Shown here: piece after piece, positions 38,946-49,503 of the stretch
How positions within the stretch are numbered: position 1 is the stretch's first letter
How the letters are laid out: every line of letters starts with the position of its first letter
NCBI GenBank assembly: GCA_963712745.1
Contig: CAVQJC010000008.1
Coordinates: forward strand, 1 to 64,000
DNA length: 64,000 nt
Source of the DNA: an uncultured Chloroflexia bacterium
GTDB taxonomy: Bacteria > Chloroflexota > Limnocylindria > Limnocylindrales > CSP1-4
Direction: 5' to 3'
Made by a program: the position numbers and the translations under genes
Notes under the pieces: model-generated
Databases searched by the model: none
Told to the model about the DNA's origin: nothing
Seen by the model: only the letters and a program-made list of their open reading frames with translations

Positions 38946-39307
38946 CACGCGAGGGGCCGCCCCAGCAGCGGGAGCCCGACGGCACATGACGACCCGGTCG
39001 GCTCACCAAGGCCCGACCCGGGAACGCGCTCGGGCAAGGGCTGCGTCTCCGATCGCCGGAGGTGTGCCCACTGGCGGCAGCGCCTACACCCATGACGAGG
39101 ACGACATCGCGGTCCAGGAAGCCAGGCCTGCCGACCGAGAAGGGACCGACCCGATGCCCACGCGCTGGCTGGCGACGTTCAAGCGCATGGAGGGCAGCAG
39201 TGAAGCTCGGGTCCACGTATCCGTGGTCTGCGCGACGATGAGCTAGAGGCTGGCTGCCCAGTCTCGTCTCCACCCACCCCGGTGGCAGTGTCCACTACAC
39301 TCGGACG

Positions 39308-39601
39308 ATGCCGAGCCTGCGCGAACACCTCGACTCGCCCCAGTTCACCGATGCGGACGGTGAATCCACCGGGGAGACGGTCTTGCGCGTGGGCGGCAGC
39401 TGGGTCAAGCCTGGTGTGCCCCGCTGGAAGGGCTATCTCTTCTACGCCATCGCCTTCTTCGGCGGACTCGGTCTCATCCTCACCTCGACCGATGGCTTCG
39501 ACCTGTTCGCCCTCTTCGGCCTCGTCTGCGTCGCACTCGGGGTGGCCGGGACCGTCGAGGTCGTCCGCGGCCGGCCGTTCACCAAGATCTTCGGCGGGTA
39601 G
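39308..39601 (+). CDS. Small two-TM membrane protein
   Basis: TACACT -10 six nt before ATG; two TMs. Confidence 0.7.
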   Translation: MPSLREHLDSPQFTDADGESTGETVLRVGGSWVKPGVPRWKGYLFYAIAFFGGLGLILTSTDGFDLFALFGLVCVALGVAGTVEVVRGRPFTKIFGG

Positions 39602-39823
39602 CCCACCCCGGACGAGGGACGCGTCGGGGCCACGAGCGCGGGGCGACGGTCTCCTCAGGGGGTCATCTCGTCCCTTGAGTCGTGCCCTCCGGCACTGTCT
39701 GTCAAGCACACCTGTCACGCATCGTGACCAGTGGACAAGAGGCCGGGCGATGTGGCCCGCCGCGTGATGCGAAGGGTCGTCGGCGCACTCGGCCCGTGCG
39801 ACGGTAGCTTTGGGGGTTTCGCG

Positions 39824-40369
39824 ATGCGGACACTGAGAACGATCCTTGTGATCCCGGTCATCCTCTTGCTTGTCGCGGGACTCGCCGCGCCGATCGGAGC
39901 GCAGTCCGAGCAGCCGGTACCGGCTACAGCCACCGGCACCCTCGAGTTCGTCGAGCCCGGCGCCGAGGCGACAGTCGGCGAGACCGAGGGGGCGATGACG
40001 CACGAGGAGGAAGCCCTCCATGTCCATCAGTGGACCGCCAGTGATCCGCGGCTGACCGGCACGGCCACCTACACGGGTAGCTGGCACATCTACGACCCGC
40101 CGTCGGAGGACTGCGGCGATCCTGATGTCGACCCTGGAGCCGTCTACGAGATCATGAATGATGGCGGCGGCTGGCGTTGTTCCGGCGTGCGAGCGCCGAT
40201 CCCGGGGCCCACCGGTGCGGCCAACGTCCATTCGCTGGTTCTGACCGGTACGGGCGGGTATGAAGGCCTCTATGCCTACATCCTCATCGACTGGAGTGCG
40301 AGCCCCTTCGCGTTCAGCGCGCTGATCACCGAGGACGCGGTGCCCATCGTGCCGCTCCTGCCGGCGTAG
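39824..40369 (+). CDS. Secreted DPRLSG-family protein (paralog 7)
   Basis: MRTLR signal peptide; WTASDPRLTG, LTGTGGYEGL. Confidence 0.85.
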   Translation: MRTLRTILVIPVILLLVAGLAAPIGAQSEQPVPATATGTLEFVEPGAEATVGETEGAMTHEEEALHVHQWTASDPRLTGTATYTGSWHIYDPPSEDCGDPDVDPGAVYEIMNDGGGWRCSGVRAPIPGPTGAANVHSLVLTGTGGYEGLYAYILIDWSASPFAFSALITEDAVPIVPLLPA

Positions 40370-40375
40370 CGGCAC

Positions 40376-40708
40376 CTAGGCAGAGAAGTCGATCGCTTCG
40401 GTGACCTCGTCTCGGTGGTAGGGGATGGGCGTGCCCAGCCTGAAACCCCGTGACGAGGTGACCACGAGGAACAGCTTGTCCGCCTCGAGGATGGCCACGA
40501 CGACCTCGCGCTGATCCTGGCTCTCGATCTGGCCTACCTCGTCGGAGCGCTCGACACCCCCTATCCGGTGCGACAGGCGGAAGATGCGGCGTGGCGATAC
40601 GGGGAATCCGTTGTCGCGCGCGAAACGCACGGTAGCCTCGCGGTACCGTTCGGCCTGCTCCGGCAAATCCGCGCCCGGGAAGAAGTAGATCGGGATCTCG
40701 TCCGCCAT
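40376..40708 (-). CDS. Hypothetical protein
   Basis: ORF with genome-like codon usage. Confidence 0.65.
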   Translation of the reverse strand: MADEIPIYFFPGADLPEQAERYREATVRFARDNGFPVSPRRIFRLSHRIGGVERSDEVGQIESQDQREVVVAILEADKLFLVVTSSRGFRLGTPIPYHRDEVTEAIDFSA

Positions 40709-40740
40709 GGGCTGATGGTGCACCACGTCAGGGTCGTCGC

Positions 40741-41534
40741 TCAAGCCGGCTCGAGGAACGCGGCTCGCAGAGCCACCAGCGTGGCCTCGTCGAGGCCGAG
40801 CCCTGTACGGAAGTAGGTCTCGATCGAGCCGTATGTCTCGACCATTGCTCCGAGCGCAGCATCGAGGAAGTCTGTCCGCACGCTCATCAGCGGCTCGATG
40901 ACGTCGCGCCTGCCACCACGAGCGACGAAATCGTCGATGGCGTGGCCGAACGCCCGTCGCACCTCCAGGTCACTCAGGAGGTATTCCCGGACCACCTCGT
41001 CGGGGGCCACGCCGAGCCACAGCAGCAGGGCCGCCACGGCCCAGCCGGTGCGGTCCTTGCCGGTGGTGCAGTGGACCAGTGCAGGCCGCCCCGCGGGGTC
41101 GGACAACCCGCGGTAGAACCGGGCGTAGCCGGCCCGTGCGCTGGGCAGGCGGATCGATGTCCCTGTAGGTGGCCAGGTAGAAGCGCTCGGTCCCGCCGTC
41201 GGCCAGCTCGGCCGAGGCTCGGACCGGATCCTCCATGAGGGCGAACAGCACGGAGGGGTCAGCCTCTCCCGAAATCGACCAGCAGGTCGAGTGGGACGTG
41301 TCTCGCCCCCGCCGGCAGCCGGTCCGGCCGCCGCTCCTGCTCCATGGCCGTACGCAGGTCGTAGACCGCCAGGACGCCGAGCCCGGCGAGGGCGGCGAGG
41401 TCAGCCTCGCTGGCGCGGTCGAGTGCCACCGAACGATAGAGCAGGCCTGTGCGCACTCGTTCGTCGTCACGCGTAAGGTGGCCGCCGGCGTCGCGGAGAT
41501 TGGGAATGCTGGTGAGTTCGATGGCGCGTGTCGT
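40741..41534 (-). pseudogene. Tyrosine-protein phosphatase (PtpB/Y_phosphatase3-like) with two frameshifts and no canonical start
   Basis: PNLRDAGG, GLLYRS, DLRT, HCTTGKDRTG across three frames. Confidence 0.8.
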
Positions 41535-41692
41535 CCGATAGGGTCGCGAAGCCGTGGATACTGCGCGAACAGAGGAGAGCTACACCCTACCGTACTCGAC
41601 GCTTGTGCTTGGTTCCCGGGCCGCCCGGACTGCCGCACATGGGCCGGGAGGACCGAGTCGCCGACCCGGCAGCAGGCGTAGGCTGGGCCTTC

Positions 41693-42529
41693 GTGAACCA
41701 CTACGCCATCGACATCGCCCCACTTGGCTCGCTCGCAGACCCGCGGTCGATCCTGCGCCTGGCGCTGGCGGCCGAGGACTCAGGCTGGGATGGGCTCAGC
41801 ATCTGGGACAGTCTTGGCCTGTCGATGGGCACCTCCGCGGCCGACCCGTTCGCCACGCTGGCTGCCGTCGCGGTGCGGACGAACAGCCTGCGGCTCATCA
41901 CCTCGGTCATCGCGGCTGCCCGGCGCCGGCCGCAACTGGTGGTCCAGGCCGCCGCCACGCTCGACCTCCTCAGCGAGGGCCGACTCATCCTGGGCCTCGG
42001 AGCCGGAGAAGACCGACCCGACTTCGAAGCGTTCGGAGAATCGCACGAACGAGCGACACGGATCTCGCGCATGGACGAGGCCATCGCCATCATCGATGCG
42101 GGCCTGAGAGGGACGCCGCTCGAGCACGCTGGGACGCACCTCACAGCCACCGGCGTCACGCTCGGCCCACGTCCGCTCCAGCGGCCGCGGCCACCGATCT
42201 GGTTCGGCGCACTGAAGCCAGGTGGACTACGCCGCGCCGCTCACTGGGAGGGCTGGATCGCGGTCGCCCTGGCCGAGGACGGGTCTTCCATCGACATGAC
42301 GCCGATAGAGCTCCGAGCACGGGCTGAGCGCATCCGTCGCGAGCGAGCAACGCTGGGCCTGGAAGCGGCGCCCTATGACATCGCCGTGCTCGGGTCGTCC
42401 GCGGCCGATGGCCCGGCGCCGTCCGAATACCTCGCCGCCGGCGCGAGCTGGTGGCTCGAGTCGCTGTCGCCCATGCGCGGCACCGTCGATGAACTCGAGG
42501 CGCTCGTCCGCGCAGGCCCGCCGAGGTAG
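41693..42529 (+). CDS. LLM-class flavin-dependent oxidoreductase
   Basis: AEDSGWDG.SIWD, ATLDLLSEGRLILGLGAG, PRPLQRPRPPIW. Confidence 0.9.
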   Translation: MNHYAIDIAPLGSLADPRSILRLALAAEDSGWDGLSIWDSLGLSMGTSAADPFATLAAVAVRTNSLRLITSVIAAARRRPQLVVQAAATLDLLSEGRLILGLGAGEDRPDFEAFGESHERATRISRMDEAIAIIDAGLRGTPLEHAGTHLTATGVTLGPRPLQRPRPPIWFGALKPGGLRRAAHWEGWIAVALAEDGSSIDMTPIELRARAERIRRERATLGLEAAPYDIAVLGSSAADGPAPSEYLAAGASWWLESLSPMRGTVDELEALVRAGPPR

Positions 42530-42537
42530 GGGAGACC

Positions 42538-43512
42538 GTGGACTTCGAAGTCGCCATCGATGCGTTCTCCCGCGTCCTGCCCGTGCTGCTGCTCGTCGGG
42601 TTGGGCGCCCTCTTCCGCCGCCGGGAGTTCTTGACGGCCGGCGCCATCGACGGCCTGCGCAAGCTGGTGCTCAATGTGACGCTGCCGGCGGCGCTGTTCC
42701 TGGCCTTCCTGAACACCGACCTTGAGGCGGAATACGCGATCATCGTCGTCAGCGTCTTCGGAGCCTGCCTGGTCATGCTCGCGGCCGGACCCTACCTGAG
42801 GCGCGGGGTCGGCGTTCGGAGCGAGGCCATGCCCAGCCTGGTGGCCGGTTTCGAGGCGGGCATGATCGGATACGCGCTCTACGCGGCGATCTTCGGGCAG
42901 GAAGAGATCTCCCGCTTCGCTATCGTCGATCTGGGCCAGGTGCTGTTCGTCTTCTTCGTCCTGGCGCCGGTGGTCATGCGCTGGGCCAGCGGCCACGCGC
43001 CGCCCCTGACCGAGACCGTGGCCGCGTTCGTTCGCACGCCGGTCATCATCGCCATCGTGGCCGGCGTAGCCGGCAGCGTCCTGGGTCTGGCGGACACACT
43101 GGAGTCGAACTCGCTCGGGTCCGCCGGACTTGAGACGCTGAGCATGCTGGCCGTGGTGACGACGCCCGCCATCGCCATCGTCATCGGCTACTCCACCTCC
43201 TTCTCTGCCGGTTCACTGCGCGATCCGGCGCGGACCCTGGCAGTGCGGCTGCCGATCTGGGTCGTCCTGGCGCTGGTCTTCAACTGGCTGGTCATCGACC
43301 AGCTGCTCGGTCTCGACCGGCTCTTCCAGGCCGCGGTCATGACCATGGCCATCCTGCCGCCCCCATTCGTGGTGCCGCTGTACATGGCTCGCGCCCGCGG
43401 CACCGACGTCAGCCACGACCCGGACCACGACTACCTGGTGAACACCCTCTCGCTGGCCACGCTCGTGACCCTGGTGGCGATCACCATCGTGGGGGTCGTC
43501 TACGCGAGCTGA
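42538..43512 (+). CDS. AEC-family (auxin efflux carrier-like) transporter
   Basis: About 10 TMs; KLVLNVTLPAALF. Confidence 0.85.
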   Translation: MDFEVAIDAFSRVLPVLLLVGLGALFRRREFLTAGAIDGLRKLVLNVTLPAALFLAFLNTDLEAEYAIIVVSVFGACLVMLAAGPYLRRGVGVRSEAMPSLVAGFEAGMIGYALYAAIFGQEEISRFAIVDLGQVLFVFFVLAPVVMRWASGHAPPLTETVAAFVRTPVIIAIVAGVAGSVLGLADTLESNSLGSAGLETLSMLAVVTTPAIAIVIGYSTSFSAGSLRDPARTLAVRLPIWVVLALVFNWLVIDQLLGLDRLFQAAVMTMAILPPPFVVPLYMARARGTDVSHDPDHDYLVNTLSLATLVTLVAITIVGVVYAS

Positions 43513-43549
43513 CGCGACAGGCCGGTAGCCTGGGCTGACCTGCCGAGCT

Positions 43550-43710
43550 CCTGGCTTGCCGAGTTCCTGGCTTCCGGTCAGATGGCGCCCTGGCTTGCCG
43601 AGTTCCTGGCTTCCGGTCAGATGGCGCCCTGGCTTCCCGAGTTCCTGGCTTCCGGTCAGATGGCGCCCTGGCTTCCCGAGTTCCTGGCTTCCGGTCAGAT
43701 GGCGCCCTGG
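43550..43710. repeat. Tandem repeat, 4 x 39 bp (CCTGGCTTSCCGAGTTCCTGGCTTCCGGTCAGATGGCGC)
   Basis: Units start at 43550, 43589, 43628 and 43667. Confidence 0.95.
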
Positions 43711-43882
43711 GTGGCCCTTAGCCAGAAACGCGAGTTCTTCAGGTCGTGCCCGGTGCATGACCATACAGCTGGATCGCATGAAACGGCCAGATATCCGCCG
43801 CTGGTGTATGGCTACGCGTCGCTCGCGGGCCAAGGTAGCGAGGCATCTGGCCAAGGGTCACGGTGCGGACATGTGGCAGGAA

Positions 43883-44014
43883 GCCAGGTGCGGCACGGAA
43901 CCCGGGCGACGAGTCGGGCCACGGGCGACGAGTCGGGCCAGGTGCGGCACGGAACCCGGGCGACGAGCCGGGCCACGGGCGACGAGTCGGGCCACGGGCG
44001 ACGAGCCGGGCCAC
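43883..44014. repeat. Nested tandem repeat: 2 x 54 bp with five 19-bp CGGGCGACGAGYCGGGCCA subunits
   Basis: Direct inspection. Confidence 0.9.
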
Positions 44015-44051
44015 AGCATCCGCAGTTAACCGCGAAGCCGCAGGAACGAAC

Positions 44052-44438
44052 CTAGTGGCCGACGAGTGTGGCGAAGCGCTGGTGGTAGTCCGGCGGCTCG
44101 AGCGCGCTGCTGAAGTAGTAATCGACGGCGATGACGGACCCCGCGTCGAGCTTGACCAAGGCCACGATGTGGTCGGGCCCGTGGGCACCGGCCGCGTCCT
44201 CGATGATGCCCTGGCCGATCCAGACCTGGCCCTCGCCGTGCACGCGGCGCCACTCGATCCGCGGTGGTTCGCCGGTGCGGCTGCGGTACATGCCCATGAT
44301 CCGCTCGCGGCCGTCAAAACGCTCGCCCATCTGCGGGCGGCCCTCGACGGCGCCCGGCGCCAGGAGCGATGCGTAGGTGTCAAGATCCCACTCTGCGAAC
44401 GCACGCAGGAACTTGCGGGCGACGACGCCCTCTTTCAT
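44052..44438 (-). CDS. SnoaL/NTF2-like protein
   Basis: GGAGG RBS; [28 protein letters not shown]. Confidence 0.8.
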   Translation of the reverse strand: MKEGVVARKFLRAFAEWDLDTYASLLAPGAVEGRPQMGERFDGRERIMGMYRSRTGEPPRIEWRRVHGEGQVWIGQGIIEDAAGAHGPDHIVALVKLDAGSVIAVDYYFSSALEPPDYHQRFATLVGH

Positions 44439-44587
44439 GTAGCTCGTACCTCCTGTTCGGTAGCATCGTAGCCGGTCCGCGCCACCGTCGGGACCGGATG
44501 GACTCACCGCCGATGACCCGTGGACCGCTCGAGGGGGCGAACCGGCCCATCCGTCGACTTGGCCGCGGCCGATACCATCAGCGCACG

Positions 44588-47338
44588 ATGACCGATACAC
44601 CTCCCACCCCAGCTCCTGTCCAAGACGACACGTCCAAGTCCGCGAAGCCGGTTCGCAGCTCACTGAAGACTTTCTTCAAGCCGCAGGCCGTGGCCCTCAT
44701 CGGCGCCACGGAGAAGGCCGGCAGCGTCGGCCGAACGATCCTCTCGAACCTCATCGCCAGCCCCTTCGGCGGGACCGTCTACCCGGTCAACCCCAACCGC
44801 CCCAGCGTCCTGGGCATCCAGAGCCACCCCAACATCGCGTCCATCCCCGAGAAAGTGGACCTCGCGGTCATCGTGACGCCGCCCAAGTCGATCCCGGGGA
44901 TCATCGAGGAGTGCGGCGAGGCGGGTGTGCCTTCTGTGGTGGTCATCTCGGCCGGTTTCAAGGAAGTCGGTGAGGAGGGCGCGCAACTGGAGCGCGATGT
45001 CGTGGCCAAGGCCGCCGAGTACGGCATGCGTGTCATCGGCCCCAACTGCCTCGGCGTGATGAATCCCATCAGCGGCCTCAACGCCACCTTCGCGGCAGGC
45101 ATGGCCAACAAGGGACGGGTCTCGTTCATCGGCCAGTCCGGCGCACTCATCACCGCCATCCTCGACTGGAGCTTGCGAGAGGGTGCCGGGTTCAGCTCGA
45201 TCGTCTCGCTCGGCTCCATGGCCGACGTGGGCTGGGGCGACCTCATCGACTACCTCGGTGACGACCCCGACACCGATGCCATCGTCATCTACATGGAGAC
45301 GGTGGGTGATGCCCGCGCGTTCCTCTCGGCCGTCCGCGAGGTGGCGCTGCAGAAGCCCATCATCGTGATGAAGCCCGGGCGCACCGCGGAGGCGTCCCGC
45401 GCAGCCGCCTCGCATACCGGCTCCATGACCGGCTCCGACGAGGTCCTCGACACGGCCTTCCGCCGTACCGGCGTCCTGCGCGCTGACCGCATCAGCGACC
45501 TCTTCTACTTCGCCGAGATCCTGGGCAAGCAGCCGCTGCCCAAGGGTCCCAACCTGACCGTGCTCACCAACGCCGGCGGTCCCGGCGTGCTCGCCACGGA
45601 CGCCCTCATCCGCAGCGGTGGCAAGCTGGCGCCCCTGTCGGAGGAGACCATCGCCAAGCTCGACAAGGTCCTGCCGGCCACGTGGTCGAGGGCCAATCCC
45701 ATCGACATCATCGGTGACGCCCCGCCCGATCGCTACGCGGCGGCGCTGGACATCATGGCCCATGACCCCGACAGCGACGGCCTGCTGGTCATCCTGACGC
45801 CCCAGGCCATGACCGACCCCACCAAGACGGCGCGGGAGATCATCCCGTACACCACCGACTCGGACAAGCCCATCATGGCCTCCTGGATGGGTGGCAGCGA
45901 CATCGAGACCGGTGAGCGCATCCTGGGTGAGGCTGGTGTGGCCACCTTTCCCTATCCCGACAGCGCCGCCCACATGTTCACCGAGCTGGTGGCCTACAGC
46001 GAGAACCTCAAGTCGCTCTACGAGACCCCCGGCCTGACACCCGAGTGGGTGCGCCGCCCCCAGCGCACACGGGCACGCCAATTGATAGAACAGGCGCGCG
46101 CCGAAGGTCGCACGACCTTGTCCGAGCCGGAGTCCAAGGAGCTGCTCGACGCCTACGGCATCCCCGTCGCGGAAACGCGGGTGGCCGCCACGGTCGAAGA
46201 AGCGGTCGCGGCTGCCGAGGACATCGGCTACCCGGTGGTCGTCAAGCTCGTGAGCCATACCATCACCCACAAGTCGGACGTCGGTGGGGTGCGCCTCGAC
46301 CTGCCCGATGCTGAGGCGGTCCGTGAGGCATACAGCGGTATCCGGTCGAACGTCAGTGAGCAGTACAGCGCGGCCGACTTCGAAGGCGTCTCGGTCCAGC
46401 CCATGATCGATCGCAGCGGCTACGAGCTCATCCTCGGCAGCAGCATCGACCCGCAGTTCGGCCCGGTCCTGCTGTTCGGGCTCGGCGGCACGCTGGTGGA
46501 GGTGTTCAAGGACAGCTCCCTGGGCCTGCCACCCCTGACCGCCACGCTCGCGCGCCGGATGATGGAGAACACCAAGATCTACACCGCGCTCAAGGGCGTG
46601 CGCGGCCAGAGCAGCGTTGACATGGCCGCGCTCGAGCAGTTGCTGGTCCGCTTCAGCGAGCTCGTCGTGGAGCAGCCGGCCATCGCCGAGCTGGACATCA
46701 ACCCCCTCCTGGCCTCACCCGAGCGGCTCATGGCCCTCGATGCCCGCGTCATCCTTCAGCCGAGCGACGTAGCCGACGAGGACCTGCCCAAGCCGGCCAT
46801 CCGACCCTACCCCCGCAAGTACGCCAAGCCCTGGAAGTCAGAGACGGACATCGACTTCGTCATCCGGCCGATCCGTCCAGAGGACGAGTCGCTGGTCATC
46901 GACTTCCACGGTCGCCTGAGCAACGAAACGGTCTACCAGCGCTACTTCACCAAGCTCGGCTACGAGCAGCGCGTGGCTCATGAGCGACTCGTGCGAGTGT
47001 GCTTCACCGACTACGACCGTGAGATCGCCCTCGTTGCCGAGCGTCTCGACCCCGAGACCCAGAAGCTCTGCATCGCCGGCATCGCGCGGCTCATCCGCCT
47101 GCACAACTCGAGCACCGCCGAGTTCTCGCTCATCGTGGCCGACGACTACCAGGGCCACGGCCTTGGTACCGAGATGGTCCGCCGGCTCATCGACGTTGGC
47201 CGCGAAGAGGGCCTCGACCGGATGGTCGCGGAGATCCTCGGTGCCAGCGGCGGCATGGTCCGCATCTGTGACGAGCTGGGCTTCACCATCAGCGCCGACG
47301 AAGACGGCGAAACGGTCCAGGCAGAGCTGAAGCTGTAG
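44588..47338 (+). CDS. Bifunctional NDP-forming acyl-CoA synthetase-like/GNAT protein acetyltransferase (Pat-like)
   Basis: [38 protein letters not shown]-terminal GNAT YQGHGLG. Confidence 0.93.
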   Translation: MTDTPPTPAPVQDDTSKSAKPVRSSLKTFFKPQAVALIGATEKAGSVGRTILSNLIASPFGGTVYPVNPNRPSVLGIQSHPNIASIPEKVDLAVIVTPPKSIPGIIEECGEAGVPSVVVISAGFKEVGEEGAQLERDVVAKAAEYGMRVIGPNCLGVMNPISGLNATFAAGMANKGRVSFIGQSGALITAILDWSLREGAGFSSIVSLGSMADVGWGDLIDYLGDDPDTDAIVIYMETVGDARAFLSAVREVALQKPIIVMKPGRTAEASRAAASHTGSMTGSDEVLDTAFRRTGVLRADRISDLFYFAEILGKQPLPKGPNLTVLTNAGGPGVLATDALIRSGGKLAPLSEETIAKLDKVLPATWSRANPIDIIGDAPPDRYAAALDIMAHDPDSDGLLVILTPQAMTDPTKTAREIIPYTTDSDKPIMASWMGGSDIETGERILGEAGVATFPYPDSAAHMFTELVAYSENLKSLYETPGLTPEWVRRPQRTRARQLIEQARAEGRTTLSEPESKELLDAYGIPVAETRVAATVEEAVAAAEDIGYPVVVKLVSHTITHKSDVGGVRLDLPDAEAVREAYSGIRSNVSEQYSAADFEGVSVQPMIDRSGYELILGSSIDPQFGPVLLFGLGGTLVEVFKDSSLGLPPLTATLARRMMENTKIYTALKGVRGQSSVDMAALEQLLVRFSELVVEQPAIAELDINPLLASPERLMALDARVILQPSDVADEDLPKPAIRPYPRKYAKPWKSETDIDFVIRPIRPEDESLVIDFHGRLSNETVYQRYFTKLGYEQRVAHERLVRVCFTDYDREIALVAERLDPETQKLCIAGIARLIRLHNSSTAEFSLIVADDYQGHGLGTEMVRRLIDVGREEGLDRMVAEILGASGGMVRICDELGFTISADEDGETVQAELKL

Positions 47339-47366
47339 CGGTCGGCGCAGCGAGGATCTCGCAGGC

Positions 47367-48419
47367 TCAGTCCATCTGGTCCAATTCGACCGGCTTGGAA
47401 CGGTAGCGCGTGACCAGCTCGCGCACGGCCACCTGGTTGCGTACCGGCGGCAGGCCCTGCTCCATCAGCGCCAGGTCGTCGAGGACCATCTCACCGATGG
47501 CGTCGAAGGCCTGCTTGATACCACCCGCGCGGTGGGCCTGGAGCACCATGTTCTCGACCCGGCGGGCCGGGTGGTCGGCCGGGGCCGGCTCATCGGGCCA
47601 GACGTCGGTGGCCGCCAGGAATCGACCCTCGTCGACATACTGGACCATGGCCTCGAAGTCCACGACTGCGGCTCGGCTGGAGAGGATGACGCGCGCACCC
47701 TCCGGGATGAGCTTCATGTTCTCGGCGTTGAGGAGATGGGTCGACTCTTCGGTGACCGTGGCCAGCACGAACAGGAACGTGCTCCTGGACAGGACCTCCT
47801 CCAGCGACGACGGCACCATGCCCGCCTCACGGATGACCGAGTCCGGCAGCCAAGGGTCGTAACAGCGGACGACCGACGGGCGGAAGGGTTCCAGCAGCGG
47901 CAGCAGCTTGCGCCCGATGTTGCCGTAGCCGAGGATGCCCATCTCCGAGCCGCGCAGTAGGATCGAGTCCTGCGTGGACTGGAAGACGTAGCCCTCTCGG
48001 CCCTCGCGGAAGGCACGGTCCTCGCGGCTGATGCTGCGGGCAAGGTCGATGGCCAGGCCCAGCGAGAACTCGGCCACGGCCTGGGCGTAGGTGGGCATGC
48101 AAGCGACGACGTTGATGCCGCGCTCGAAGCAGGCGTCGTAGTCGACGTTCTGGAAGAAGTTGCCCTCGACATTGAGGATGCCGCGGAGCCGGGGCGCTCG
48201 CTCGAGCCGCTCCCGCGGCAGGTCGGGCTGGCCGATGATGGCGAAGACTTCCCGCAGGCATGACTCGATGAGCTCCTCCGAGGGATCGGCCTCGCCGTCG
48301 ATGACGGTGTAGCGCTCGTGCAACCGGTGCAGCGCCTCGTCGGTGAAGATGCGCTCGATGGTCTGCGGCGCGGGACGCAGCAGGACGACGGGCTTGGCAG
48401 GGACGACCTGGTCGGACAT
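47367..48419 (-). CDS. D-2-hydroxyacid dehydrogenase family protein
   Basis: GILGYGNIG, SRAAVVD, ATDVWPDEP, AHRAG. Confidence 0.9.
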   Translation of the reverse strand: MSDQVVPAKPVVLLRPAPQTIERIFTDEALHRLHERYTVIDGEADPSEELIESCLREVFAIIGQPDLPRERLERAPRLRGILNVEGNFFQNVDYDACFERGINVVACMPTYAQAVAEFSLGLAIDLARSISREDRAFREGREGYVFQSTQDSILLRGSEMGILGYGNIGRKLLPLLEPFRPSVVRCYDPWLPDSVIREAGMVPSSLEEVLSRSTFLFVLATVTEESTHLLNAENMKLIPEGARVILSSRAAVVDFEAMVQYVDEGRFLAATDVWPDEPAPADHPARRVENMVLQAHRAGGIKQAFDAIGEMVLDDLALMEQGLPPVRNQVAVRELVTRYRSKPVELDQMD

Positions 48420-48532
48420 GGGATCCTCCGGGCGTGGTCGCGGCCACGCTCAGCAGCCGCGTTCGGACACTGCGACCGAGGGTACTCCTACGCCTCACGG
48501 ACCGAGCGACCGGCTCGCTAGAATCGGCCTCC

Positions 48533-49348
48533 ATGACCGACCCCAGCCGTGAACCGGGCCGCGAGGCCGACCGCCGAGGACGACAGGCCCCGGCCATCCC
48601 CGACGGCGCCTCCATCGGCCCGCCCGATTTCATCGGTGTGGGCGTGCACAAGGCAGGTACGACGTGGTGGTGGGCGCTGCTGGTGGGCCACCCCCTGGTC
48701 GACGGGGTGCCTCGCCGCAAGGAGCTGCACCTGCTCGACCGCATGCTCGACGACCCCATCGACGAGGCGCGGAAGGACTGGTACTACCGCCAGTTCCCGC
48801 GCTTGCCCGGCCACCAGGCCGGGGAGTGGACGCCGCGCTATCAGGCCCTGCCACGGATGCCGGCCATCATCAAGGAGGTCGCCCCCGAGGCCAGGCTGCT
48901 GACGATCGTGCGCGAACCCATCGAGCGCTACCGCTCGGGCCTCAACCAGTGGCACACCGAGAACCGGCGACGGGGTCTCAAGCGCGACAGGAGGTCGGGC
49001 CAGCGCGAAGCGAGGATGCGCGGGTTCTACGGTCGTCAGCTGGAGCGCCTGGCCGAAGCGGTGGGGCGCGAGCGGATCCTGATGCTCCAGTACGAGCAGT
49101 GTGTGCGCGACCCGGCCGGCCACTTCGCACGCACGCTCGAGTTCCTCGAGCTGCCGCCGTACGAGCCCGACCCGCGGCTGGTGCGAACGCGCGTCAACCA
49201 GACCGTGGGCGACAAGCGCACGGTCTCAGGCAAGGACGAGCAGGCCCTGGTGACCGAATACGAGCCCGAGGTGCTCAAGCTCAAGCAGCTCATGCCGGAC
49301 CTGGACCTCTCGCTCTGGCCTCGCTTCGCGCACCTCGAGCGAGGCTGA
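48533..49348 (+). CDS. Sulfotransferase family protein
   Basis: GVHKAGTT (5'-PSB), REPIERYRS (3'-PB); TAGAAT -10 just upstream (leaderless). Confidence 0.88.
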   Translation: MTDPSREPGREADRRGRQAPAIPDGASIGPPDFIGVGVHKAGTTWWWALLVGHPLVDGVPRRKELHLLDRMLDDPIDEARKDWYYRQFPRLPGHQAGEWTPRYQALPRMPAIIKEVAPEARLLTIVREPIERYRSGLNQWHTENRRRGLKRDRRSGQREARMRGFYGRQLERLAEAVGRERILMLQYEQCVRDPAGHFARTLEFLELPPYEPDPRLVRTRVNQTVGDKRTVSGKDEQALVTEYEPEVLKLKQLMPDLDLSLWPRFAHLERG

Positions 49349-49503
49349 GACCCGGTCTACTCCGTCACTTCGGGCGGCATCGACTCGTCCGTCCGCTGCT
49401 GGCCAGCCTCGAGCATCACGACCGGCCCTCTGGTCACAGGGCCTTCACGGCTCCTGCGCTACCCTCACGGTCGTCGCAAGCAACAGGAGTCTGAACGCGC
49501 GTC

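Noticed and set aside
43550-43710. CRISPR array, or repeat-protein ORFs (43213-43854, 43556-44029, 43582-44055)
   Set aside because: Units are directly adjacent with no unique spacers; the ORFs are open only because the unit lengths are multiples of 3 and lack stops
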